Source: an uncultured delta proteobacterium (GTDB lineage: Bacteria > Myxococcota_A > Polyangia > Polyangiales > Houyiibacteriaceae). From it: a stretch of 64,000 nt of DNA. Below are positions 8,984 to 17,820 of the stretch, one piece after another. Position 1 is the stretch's first letter, and the number at the start of each line of letters is the position of its first letter. The stretch is from contig CAVOVB010000002.1 of assembly GCA_963699755.1 (NCBI GenBank), positions 256,001 to 320,000 of the forward strand, written 5' to 3'. The position numbers and the translations under genes were made by a program. Under the pieces are notes generated by a model, which made no database searches, was not told where the DNA came from, and saw nothing but the letters and a program-made list of their open reading frames with translations.

Positions 8984-10549
8984 GTGTTCGAGACGATTCC
9001 TCAGATGGTCGCCAAACAGGCCGAAAGCCTTGGCGATCGGGCCGCCATCGTCGACGGCGAGAAGACGCTCAGCTTCACCGAGCTCGCCGAGCATGTGGAT
9101 GAGGCCGCCCGGGCTCTGATCGCTCTGAGGATTCAGAAGGGCGACCGGGTTGCTATCTGGGCGCCGAACATCTGGGAGTGGATCGTCTGTGCGCTGGCGA
9201 TCCACAGCGCCGGTGCCGTGATGGTCCCGATCAACACCCGATACAAGGGAATCGAGGCCTCCTACCTGCTCGAGAAGAGCGGCGCGAAGGCGCTGTTCAC
9301 GGTGACCGGATTTCTGGATGTCGACTACGTGGCCCTTCTTCGCAACAGCGCGGCAGACCTCCCCGAGCTCGAGCAGATCATCGTGCTCCGCGGAGAAGCG
9401 CCGCAAGGAACGCTCGGCTACCAGGACTTCCTCGGGCTTGCAGCGGGCGTTTCCCCAAGCGCCGCTCGAGAGCGCGCGGCCGCCGTCGGCCCCGATGACC
9501 TCGCCGACATCCTCTTCACCTCGGGCACCACCGGCAAGCCCAAGGGCGCGATGTGCACGCATATGCAGAACCTACGCGCCTTCGATCAATGGAGCTCCAT
9601 CGTCGGGCTTCGCGAAGGCGATCGGTATCTGGTCGTACTGCCGTTCTTCCACAGCTTCGGCTACAAGGCGGGCTGGTTTTCCGCGCTCATGCGGGGGGCA
9701 ACGGTGTTCCCGGAGCCAGTCTTCGACGTGAACGTCGTCCTTCGGCGCATCGAGGAAGACGCGATCACCATGCTTCCAGGGCCGCCCGCCCTGTATCAAT
9801 CGATTCTGCTCGATCCGAACCGCGCGCGGTTCGACATTTCGAGCTTGCGCCTCGCGGTTACCGGCGCGGCAGCAATCCCGGTCGAGTTGATTCACCGAAT
9901 GAAGGATGAGCTCGGGTTTGAAACGGTGATTACTGCCTATGGGCTCACCGAAAGCTGCGGCGTCGTCACCATGTGTCGGCTCGACGACGACGCCGAAACC
10001 ATCGCCACGACGAGCGGCCGAGCGATCGCTGACGTCGAGGTTCGAATCATCGACAGCGAAGGCAATCCACTCCCCGCAAACCAGCCCGGTGAAATCGTCG
10101 TCCGCGGATACAACGTCATGAAGGGTTACCTCGACGCAGAGGAAGAGACGAAGATGGCCATCGACGAAGATGGTTGGCTCCACACGGGCGACATCGGAAC
10201 CATGGACGAGCGCGGCTACATCAAGATTACGGACCGCCTCAAAGACATGTTCATCGTAGGCGGCTTCAACGCTTATCCTGCGGAAATCGAGAACACACTC
10301 TTGCAGATGCCCGGCGTCGGCGAAGTCGCGGTGATCGGCGTCCCTGATGAGCGGCTCGGAGAGGTCGGGATGGCCTTTGTCGTTCCTGCGCCTGGACAGT
10401 CCCTCACGCCCGAGAGGGTGATTTCGTGGAGCCGGGCAAACATGGCGAATTTCAAAGTGCCTAGACGCGTCGAGATCCTCGAGGCTCTACCTCGCAATGC
10501 GACCGGCAAGGTCGTGAAGTTCGAGCTTCGGGAGCGAGCCAGTGGCTGA
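8984..10549 (+). CDS. fadD3: HIP-CoA synthetase, FadD3-like acyl-CoA ligase
   Basis: GDRVAIWAPNIWEW, FTSGTTGKPKG, PFFHSFGYKAG, TAYGLTE and GGFNAYPAEIE. GTG 8984 chosen as start (track gives 8948). Confidence 0.85.
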   Translation: MFETIPQMVAKQAESLGDRAAIVDGEKTLSFTELAEHVDEAARALIALRIQKGDRVAIWAPNIWEWIVCALAIHSAGAVMVPINTRYKGIEASYLLEKSGAKALFTVTGFLDVDYVALLRNSAADLPELEQIIVLRGEAPQGTLGYQDFLGLAAGVSPSAARERAAAVGPDDLADILFTSGTTGKPKGAMCTHMQNLRAFDQWSSIVGLREGDRYLVVLPFFHSFGYKAGWFSALMRGATVFPEPVFDVNVVLRRIEEDAITMLPGPPALYQSILLDPNRARFDISSLRLAVTGAAAIPVELIHRMKDELGFETVITAYGLTESCGVVTMCRLDDDAETIATTSGRAIADVEVRIIDSEGNPLPANQPGEIVVRGYNVMKGYLDAEEETKMAIDEDGWLHTGDIGTMDERGYIKITDRLKDMFIVGGFNAYPAEIENTLLQMPGVGEVAVIGVPDERLGEVGMAFVVPAPGQSLTPERVISWSRANMANFKVPRRVEILEALPRNATGKVVKFELRERASG

Positions 10550-11306
10550 TTTTTCGCGAGGCGTGGCGCTGGTCGTTGGGGGGAGCGGAGGTATCGGAGG
10601 CGCGATCGCGCGTGGCTTTGCGGCTGCCGGGGTCACCCTCGCGATCACCTACCGCCGCAACAAGGGCGCGGCCGACGCGGTGGCCGAAGAGATCCGCTCC
10701 GGGGGCGGGGCATGCACGCTGCACCCCGTCGAGCTCGCTGAGCTCGACTCCGTCAAAGCCTGCCTCGAGCAGCTCGTCGAAGAACACGGTCAGATTCACA
10801 CCATCGCGCACGCTGCGGGCTCACACATCGACCAGCCCTACATCAGCCAGCTCACCCCGGAACAGTGGCGGAACACCATGGACTGGGACGTGAACGGTTT
10901 CTTTCATGTGGCGCACGCGGCTCTTCCGCATCTTCGTAGGAGCCGCGGGTCGATCGTCTTCGTCAGCTCGGCAGGCTTGAAACGATATCCGCCGGGCGAC
11001 GTGCTGTCGGTCGCGCCCAAGGCTGCGATCGAAGCTCTCATGCGTGGCATCGCGCGCGAAGAGGGGCGAAACGGCGTTCGCGCCAACAACGTTGCGGTTG
11101 GCGTGGTCGACGCGGGGATGTTCCCCAAGCTCGTCGAGCGGGGTGAGCTCAGCCGGAAATGGATCGACGCGGCCATGCGCAACACAGCGCTTCGCCGCTT
11201 CGGGACTCCCGACGAGGTCGCCGACGCAGTGGTATTCCTGGCCTCCTCCCGCGCTCGCTACATCACCGGTCAGACACTCTTCGTCGACGGGGGCTACACG
11301 TTGTAG
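10542..11306 (+). CDS. SDR family oxidoreductase with atypical active site
   Basis: GGSGGIG Rossmann motif and YITGQTLFVDGG C-terminus. The YxxxK position reads SVAPK. Confidence 0.8.
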   Translation: MADFSRGVALVVGGSGGIGGAIARGFAAAGVTLAITYRRNKGAADAVAEEIRSGGGACTLHPVELAELDSVKACLEQLVEEHGQIHTIAHAAGSHIDQPYISQLTPEQWRNTMDWDVNGFFHVAHAALPHLRRSRGSIVFVSSAGLKRYPPGDVLSVAPKAAIEALMRGIAREEGRNGVRANNVAVGVVDAGMFPKLVERGELSRKWIDAAMRNTALRRFGTPDEVADAVVFLASSRARYITGQTLFVDGGYTL

Positions 11307-11343
11307 CGGCTGAGCCGGCCAATTAGACTGAGCATCGGGGACC

Positions 11344-11757
11344 ATGGGCCAAGTCATCTTCGACGAGAAAGACAAGCCGCTGATGCGAATGACCTACCGG
11401 GGTTTGTGCGGTGATGCCGAGTGGCGACGGCACCTCGAGGTCATGAGCGAGTGGGCGCGGCGGGGCGAGGTCTACGCGGTTGTGATCGACGCGCGCGAGG
11501 TGGGTCGGGTGCCGGCGACGCAGCGAAAGGGCATCATCGACTGGATCGACCGCGACCGGCCGGCCCTCAAAGAGAACTGCGCAGGTGGTGCCATGATTTT
11601 CAACGACGCGGTTCAGCAGGGACTCTGGACGGCGATCTCCTGGGTTGCTCCAAGCCCGATCCCCGTGAAGATGTTTGTTGACACGCCCTCGGCGGAAGCT
11701 TGGCTTAGAGAGCAGCTGCGGGAAAAATTGGCGCCCCGAGGCGAAGGTCCCCTGTGA
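11344..11757 (+). CDS. STAS/SEC14 (SpoIIAA-like) domain protein
   Basis: AVVIDAREV..PATQRK..DW...C.G.AMIF...W..P.P.KMF....AEAWLREQL pattern. Stop overlaps the next start (GTGA). Confidence 0.6.
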   Translation: MGQVIFDEKDKPLMRMTYRGLCGDAEWRRHLEVMSEWARRGEVYAVVIDAREVGRVPATQRKGIIDWIDRDRPALKENCAGGAMIFNDAVQQGLWTAISWVAPSPIPVKMFVDTPSAEAWLREQLREKLAPRGEGPL

Positions 11758-13451
11758 ACGATTCGACGACATCTTCGACCAGTCGCCTCAGAGCGGTCGA
11801 AGCGCAGCTCCTCGCTCCAGGAGCGCCCTTCGAGCTTGCCCACGAAGAGGTGCTCGGCGAGCGCGTTCCGGTGTTTGCCAATCGTGCGCGCTCGCTGCGT
11901 GACGTTTTGTTGCGTGGGAGAGAGTTTGCTCAGGCAGAGTACATGGTGTTCCGCGACGGCGAACGAGAGCGACGGTATACGTTTGAACAGCACGAGAAGC
12001 TGGTAGCAAGCGCCGCGGCAGCGTTTGCGGATCGTTTCGGCGTCGGCCCCGGCGACAGGGTTGCGATCCTGGCTGCCAATTGCCCGGAGTGGATCATTTC
12101 GTTTTGGGCCGCGGTCAGCTTGGGGGCCATTTGCGTCGGCTTGAACGGATGGTGGACCGAGGACGAGATCCGGTACGCGCTGGGTAATAGCAAGCCGAAG
12201 CTGCTGATCGCGGATGGAAGGCGGGTGGCGAGAATGGCGGCCGACCCAGCTGTGCCGATGCTGGTGGCCGAAGATGGCTTCGACGAGCTGCTCGCCGAGT
12301 ATCCCAACGCCGGGCTGCCAACACAGCCAATCGCCGAAAGTGACCGGGCGATCATACTGTACACGAGCGGCACGACAGGCCGCGCCAAGGGAGTCGTTCA
12401 CACCCACGGCAACGTGACGAATATGCTCATGGTGAGCTTTTTTCACGGTGCGCGTTTGATGATGGCCAACCCAAAAGCGTCGGAGCTGCCGAAGCTCGCG
12501 AACAGCATCCTGGTGACGAGTCCGCTCTTTCACGTCTCGGGATTACACTGCGCAGCGGTGACCGGGCTGGCCGGGGGTGCCAAGACCGTCTGGCCGATGG
12601 GTCGCTTCGACCCCGAAGCCGTCCTGGGTCTCATCGAGCGCGAGAGGATCACGGGCTGGGGGTACACCGCCACAGTGCTCCACCGGCTGCTCAACCATCC
12701 GAAGGTCGGCGAGTACGATCTGAGCTCGTTCCGCTCAGTCGGCGGCGGTGGCTCACCCATCCCCGCTCCGTTGATCGAGAAGGCTCATTCCCTTTTTCCG
12801 CAGTGCAGCCACACGATGGGCGTCGGCTACGGGCTGACGGAGGGAACAGCGTTCGCAACCTTGAACGCTGGGGAAGAGCTGACGAGCGATCCGTTTTCCG
12901 TTGGTCGCCCCGTCCCAGTGGTCGCGATTGAGATTCGCGATGAGCATGGACGCGCGCTCCCCGACGGCGACGAAGGCGAGATCCATCTGAGGGGCCCCTT
13001 GGTCATGCGCGAGTACTGGGAAGACCCCGAAGCAACCCGTGCCGCCATCCGCCCAGGGCGTTGGCTCAACACGGGCGACGTCGGGCGCTTGCAGAACGGC
13101 AAGCTCTACATCGCTTCGCGCAAGCGCGACTTGATCCTGCGCGGTGGCGAGAACGTCTACCCGTTCGAGATCGAGCAGCGGCTAGAAGCGCACCCGGCCA
13201 TTGCAGAAGCAGCGGTGATCGGCATCGACCACGAGGAGCTTGGCCAAGAAGTGAAGGCCGTCGTCGTCTTCGAGCCGGGCCAAGAGCTCGATAGCGAACA
13301 AATGCGGCGATGGGTCGGCGACACGCTGGCCTACTACAAGATCCCGAGCCAATGGGAACCACGCAAAAAGCCCCTTCCCCGCAACGCGACGGGAAAGGTG
13401 CTAAAGAACTCGCTGCGCGATGCGCAGGATTCGATGTTCATCGAGGAGTGA
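11754..13451 (+). CDS. Long-chain acyl-CoA synthetase (class I adenylate-forming)
   Basis: YTSGTTGRAKG, SPLFHVSG, GYGLTE, TGDVG, RGGENVYP and PRNATGKVLK. Confidence 0.88.
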   Translation: MNDSTTSSTSRLRAVEAQLLAPGAPFELAHEEVLGERVPVFANRARSLRDVLLRGREFAQAEYMVFRDGERERRYTFEQHEKLVASAAAAFADRFGVGPGDRVAILAANCPEWIISFWAAVSLGAICVGLNGWWTEDEIRYALGNSKPKLLIADGRRVARMAADPAVPMLVAEDGFDELLAEYPNAGLPTQPIAESDRAIILYTSGTTGRAKGVVHTHGNVTNMLMVSFFHGARLMMANPKASELPKLANSILVTSPLFHVSGLHCAAVTGLAGGAKTVWPMGRFDPEAVLGLIERERITGWGYTATVLHRLLNHPKVGEYDLSSFRSVGGGGSPIPAPLIEKAHSLFPQCSHTMGVGYGLTEGTAFATLNAGEELTSDPFSVGRPVPVVAIEIRDEHGRALPDGDEGEIHLRGPLVMREYWEDPEATRAAIRPGRWLNTGDVGRLQNGKLYIASRKRDLILRGGENVYPFEIEQRLEAHPAIAEAAVIGIDHEELGQEVKAVVVFEPGQELDSEQMRRWVGDTLAYYKIPSQWEPRKKPLPRNATGKVLKNSLRDAQDSMFIEE

Positions 13452-13454
13452 GTC

Positions 13455-14675
13455 ATGCCCGAAGCCGTGATCGTTTCAACCGCGCGGACCCCGATCGGCC
13501 GCGCCTTCAAGGGGTCGCTGATTGAAATGCGCCCCGACGACCTCGCCGCGATCGCGGTGAAGGCAGCTTTGGCAAAGGTTCCGAACCTCGACCCGGCCAC
13601 CGTCGAGGACTTGATGATCGGCTGCGCTCAACCCGCGGGCGAACATGGCTACAACATGGGTCGAGTCGTGAGCCTGCTAGCGGGCCTCGATTCGCCTGGC
13701 ACGACGGTCAATCGTTATTGCTCTTCGTCCTTGCAGACGATCCGCATGGCGGCTCATGCGATCAAGGCCGGTGAAGGCGATGTGTTCGTGGCCGCAGGCG
13801 TCGAGTGTGTCAGCCGCTTCGGTCTCGGCAAATCCGACGGCATGGAGAACACCAAGAACCCGAAGTTCAACGAGGCCGAGGAGCGCATGGCGAAGCTCAT
13901 GACGCCCGAGGGCGGCAACTGGGAGCCGACCGACGGTCTCGGCGATGTGTACGTCACGATGCTCCAAACCGCGGAGAACGTCGCGCAGTACATGGCCGTG
14001 TCCCGGCAAGAGCAAGACGAGTTCGCTGCCCTTTCACAACAGCGCGCCGAAGCCGCGCAGAAGTCTGGCCACTTCGCCAAAGAGATCACGCCGGTCGCGA
14101 CGCCCAGCGGTGTGGTAGTCGACACCGATGACTGCCCGCGCCACGGAACGACTGCGGAGAAGCTCGCTGGGCTCAAGCCGGTGCTCCTAGGGCAGATGGG
14201 CGAAAGGGCCACGGTGACGGCGGGCAACGCCTGTCCGCTCAACGACGGCGCCGCCGCGGTCGTCGTAATGAGCGAGACCCGCGCCAAAGCGCTCGGCATC
14301 ACGCCTCTGGCGCGCGTCGTCTCGACCGGCGTCTCCGCGCTCAACCCCGAGATCATGGGCCTAGGCCCCGTCGAAGCGACCAAGCAGGCGCTTGGGCGCG
14401 CCGGGCTGACGATGAAAGACATCGATCTAGTGGAAATCAACGAGGCCTTCGCCGCGCAGGTCATTCCCTCCGCCCGCGAGCTCGGCATTCCCATCGACAA
14501 GCTCAACGTGAACGGTGGCGCGATCGCCCTCGGCCACCCCTTCGGGCAGACCGGCGCTCGCATCATGACGACCCTGATCAACAACCTCCAGTCACGCGAC
14601 GGGCGCTACGGGGTCGAAACGATGTGCGTCGGCGGCGGTCAGGGCATGGCTGCCGTGATCGAACGGCTGGGCTGA
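13455..14675 (+). CDS. Acetyl-CoA C-acyltransferase (thiolase), actinobacterial FadA3-like
   Basis: MPEAVIVSTARTPIGRAFKGSL..MRPDDL, NRYCSSSLQ, GHPFGQTG and MCVGGGQG. Confidence 0.88.
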   Translation: MPEAVIVSTARTPIGRAFKGSLIEMRPDDLAAIAVKAALAKVPNLDPATVEDLMIGCAQPAGEHGYNMGRVVSLLAGLDSPGTTVNRYCSSSLQTIRMAAHAIKAGEGDVFVAAGVECVSRFGLGKSDGMENTKNPKFNEAEERMAKLMTPEGGNWEPTDGLGDVYVTMLQTAENVAQYMAVSRQEQDEFAALSQQRAEAAQKSGHFAKEITPVATPSGVVVDTDDCPRHGTTAEKLAGLKPVLLGQMGERATVTAGNACPLNDGAAAVVVMSETRAKALGITPLARVVSTGVSALNPEIMGLGPVEATKQALGRAGLTMKDIDLVEINEAFAAQVIPSARELGIPIDKLNVNGGAIALGHPFGQTGARIMTTLINNLQSRDGRYGVETMCVGGGQGMAAVIERLG

Positions 14676-14899
14676 GAAAAGCGAGCAAGAAGGGGACGCC
14701 AACTTCGAGCGGCTCGACAGCCAGCGCGGGTTTTGATCCCGCCCTGCAAAGCCCAGGTCGTGAGGGTTCCCTGCATCATCGTCCGTCCGGCGCGAAGTGA
14801 GCGCGTCTTCTTGCAGCTCAGCGAGATTGCGGTCTATGAGAACGGTGAGATCGTCGAAGGCCGGTCGGTCTTCAGACAAGGTGCCCGAAGGCGGGACGC

Positions 14900-15802
14900 T
14901 TGAGCAACACGCGGATCGAGATCGAAACCCCGGCTTTGTGGCGCTTGGCAGCGGCCTCCGTCGCGCTGCTCGTCCCCTTGAACTGGAGCTGGCATCTCTG
15001 GGGTCGGCAGATCCCGGGCTCGCTTGCGGTCTACGTACTGGCCGGCGGCGCCCTCTATTTCGGACTGCTTCGCTGGCTCACTGGCATCCGCTTCAAAGAG
15101 ATTTCCTACGAGGCGCGATTCGCGGTCGTCAGCTCGATGGCTCTGCTGATCCTGTTTTTGGCGTTGGGCCGCTCGAATACCTACCAACGGCTCTTCGAGC
15201 AACTCGTGCCAAAGGATGTGCGAACGCCGCTCTTCGGCTTCATGTACTTCGCGACCTGCAGCGTGCTCTTGCGCCTCGTGATTCCGTACCTCCTCGTCCG
15301 ATTCAAGCTTCGGCAGCCACCGCGGGAATATGGCTACGTCGTGCGAGGCGGAACGCGCATGCGCTGGGTCTACTTCGGGCTGTTCGTCGTGATGGTTCCA
15401 CTCGTCATCTGGGCATCGACCCTTCCCGACTTCCAGGCCAGCTACCCGCAGACCCGCGGCGTGATGAGCGGCAACGAAGTATCGATTCGGCTCTTCATCC
15501 TCTACCACGCAGCCTATTTCATGGTGTTCGTTTCGGGCGAGAGCTTGTGGCGCGGCTACATGACCTTCGGCCTCGGCCGAGACCTCGACGTCGGCGCGCT
15601 CCCGTGGATGGTCATGATGTACAGCATCGGCCACTACGGAAAACCAATCCTCGAAGTGAACGCCGCCATTGTGGCCGGCTTCGTCCTCGGCTACCTCGCC
15701 CTCCGGCACCGCTCCTTCTTCCTGGGCGCCCTCCTTCACTGGTCGATCGCCCTGAGCATGGACTTGGCAGTCCTGTGGCAACGCGGCTTGACCTGGCACT
15801 GA
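14900..15802 (+). CDS. CPBP (CAAX protease/Abi) family intramembrane metalloprotease
   Basis: Multiple TM segments. GESLWRG (ExxxR), HYGKP..E and LLHWSIA..MD motifs. Confidence 0.75.
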   Translation: MSNTRIEIETPALWRLAAASVALLVPLNWSWHLWGRQIPGSLAVYVLAGGALYFGLLRWLTGIRFKEISYEARFAVVSSMALLILFLALGRSNTYQRLFEQLVPKDVRTPLFGFMYFATCSVLLRLVIPYLLVRFKLRQPPREYGYVVRGGTRMRWVYFGLFVVMVPLVIWASTLPDFQASYPQTRGVMSGNEVSIRLFILYHAAYFMVFVSGESLWRGYMTFGLGRDLDVGALPWMVMMYSIGHYGKPILEVNAAIVAGFVLGYLALRHRSFFLGALLHWSIALSMDLAVLWQRGLTWH

Positions 15803-15863
15803 GGACGGGGGCGACGTGAGTACCGGAGAAGTCTACCGATCTAGGGGGTCAGCTTGCAGAAAG

Positions 15864-15877
15864 TGAAACATGTTTCA
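15864..15877. promoter_or_regulatory. KstR-type operator, perfect palindrome TGAAACATGTTTCA (site 3)
   Basis: 12 bp upstream of GTG 15890, which heads the six-gene operon ending in ipdF. Preceded by TTGCAG. Confidence 0.8.
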
Positions 15878-15889
15878 GTCTAGTGGACC

Positions 15890-16912
15890 GTGGCGGAGGT
15901 CAATCGACAGATCTTGTTGAGAAGGCGGCCCGTTGGGGCGCCAACTGCGGGGGATTTCGAAGCTAGCGAGGGCCCTCTCGGACGGCCAGGGACGGGGGAG
16001 GTTCTCCTCCGGAATCTATATCTATCTATCGACCCGGCGATTCGCGGATGGATGAGTGATGCGAAGTCATATCTGCCACCGATTGGGATCGGCGAGCCGA
16101 TTCGAAGCGGGACGCTCTCCCAGATCATCGAATCCAAGGCCGAAGCTTGGCCGGTCGGACAGATCGTCCAGGCCCTGGCTGCTTGGGAGTCGTACAGCGT
16201 GGTTTCCTCTCGAATGCTTCACGGCAGGGTGAAGAGGATGGAGGGGATTCCGCTATCCGCGATGTTGAGCGTCCTCGGGGGCACAGGCCTGACCGCGTAT
16301 TTTGGCTTGCTCGAAGTCGGGAAACCCAAGGAAGGGGAGACCGTTCTGGTGTCCGCCGCGGCGGGCGGCGTGGGATCGATCGTCGGACAGATCGCAAAGG
16401 TCCAAGGCTGTCGGGCCGTAGGACTGACAGGCAGCGACGAGAAGTGCGTTTGGCTGACCGACGAGCTCGGCTACGACGCGGCGATCAACTACAAGACGAC
16501 GGACTTGCGACTTGCCCTGAAGGAAACCTGCCCCGAGGGGGTCGACGTGTTTTTCGACAGCGTGGGCGGCGAGATCCTCAACACGGTTCTGACTCGCCTC
16601 AACTACCACGGTCGTGTGGTCGTCTGCGGCGCGATCTCGCAGATCAACGAGGCAGAGCTCCCGTCCGGGCCCCGCAACTATTTGCAGCTCCTCGCCAAGA
16701 GCGCCCGGATGGAAGGATTCACGACCTTGGATTTCACCACGCGCTATGATGAGGCACGCGCGAACCTCGCGCGTTGGATTCGCGAGGGTCAGATTCAGTA
16801 TCGCGACGAGGTCGCCAAAGGGCTAGATGAGGCTCCGTTGCACTTGCTTCGACTGTTCAGCGGCGAGCATCGAGGAAAACTGATGGTCAAGTTGGCGGAC
16901 GCAGAGGGTTGA
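15890..16912 (+). CDS. NADP-dependent oxidoreductase (MDR; prostaglandin reductase/CurA-like enone reductase)
   Basis: LYLSIDPAIRGWM, GLTAYFGLL, VSAAAGGVGS, DVFFDSVGG and CGAISQ. Confidence 0.88.
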   Translation: MAEVNRQILLRRRPVGAPTAGDFEASEGPLGRPGTGEVLLRNLYLSIDPAIRGWMSDAKSYLPPIGIGEPIRSGTLSQIIESKAEAWPVGQIVQALAAWESYSVVSSRMLHGRVKRMEGIPLSAMLSVLGGTGLTAYFGLLEVGKPKEGETVLVSAAAGGVGSIVGQIAKVQGCRAVGLTGSDEKCVWLTDELGYDAAINYKTTDLRLALKETCPEGVDVFFDSVGGEILNTVLTRLNYHGRVVVCGAISQINEAELPSGPRNYLQLLAKSARMEGFTTLDFTTRYDEARANLARWIREGQIQYRDEVAKGLDEAPLHLLRLFSGEHRGKLMVKLADAEG

Positions 16913-16914
16913 GA

Positions 16915-17820
16915 ATGACTGGCATTTGTGATGGACGGGTGGTGATTGTGACCGGCGCAGGACGCGGCATTGGCCGTGAGCATGCGCTCGAGCTCGCGCG
17001 GCAGGGTGCGAAAGTCGTCGTCAACGACCTCGGTGTGAGCAACAGCGGCGAAGGCGGAGGTCAAGGACCGGCGGACGAAGTCGTGAAAGCGATTCGTGAT
17101 ATGGGCGGCGAGGCGGTGTCCAACGGTGCCGACGTTGCGGACTGGACACAGAGCGAGGCACTGGTGCGACAAGCGATCGACGAGTTCGGGCGCCTCGACG
17201 CGGTCGTGAACAACGCCGGCTTCGTCCGAGACCGCATGTTCGTGAGCTGCAGTGAAGAGGAATGGGATGCGATCATTCGCGTTCACCTCAAGGGGCACTT
17301 CTGCGTCGCCCGACACGCGGCGGCCTATTGGCGAGAGCAGGTCAAGGCCGGTGAGCCGGTCAACGCACGGATCATCAACACGAGCTCGGGCGCGGGAGTG
17401 CTCGGCAGCGTCGGCCAGTCGAGCTACTCCGCCGCGAAGGCGGGCATCGCGACGCTGACCCTGGTGCAGGCGGCCGAGCTCGGCCGCTACGGGATCACCG
17501 CCAACGCGATTTGCCCGATCGCGCGCACGCGAATGACCGAAGGCGCGTTCGGCGACGCGATGAAGGCGCCCGACGAAGGCTTCGACGAGAACGACCCAGC
17601 CAACGTCTCGCCGTTCATCGCCTGGCTCGCCAGCCAGGAGTCGCGCGACGTGACGGGTCGAGTCTGGGAGGTCTTCGGCGGAACAGTCACGCTCTTCGAT
17701 GGCTACCGCCGGGAGCAAACGATGAACATCGGCAAGCGATGGAACCCAGCGGAGCTCGGCCCGGCCGTGAAAGAATTGCTCTCGAAGGCGCAGCCACCTG
17801 TCAGGGTGTACGGCGCATGA
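16915..17820 (+). CDS. SDR oxidoreductase, Rv3548c-like
   Basis: TGAGRGIG, VVVNDLG, NNAGFVRDRM, VHLKGHF and YSAAK. Confidence 0.85.
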   Translation: MTGICDGRVVIVTGAGRGIGREHALELARQGAKVVVNDLGVSNSGEGGGQGPADEVVKAIRDMGGEAVSNGADVADWTQSEALVRQAIDEFGRLDAVVNNAGFVRDRMFVSCSEEEWDAIIRVHLKGHFCVARHAAAYWREQVKAGEPVNARIINTSSGAGVLGSVGQSSYSAAKAGIATLTLVQAAELGRYGITANAICPIARTRMTEGAFGDAMKAPDEGFDENDPANVSPFIAWLASQESRDVTGRVWEVFGGTVTLFDGYRREQTMNIGKRWNPAELGPAVKELLSKAQPPVRVYGA

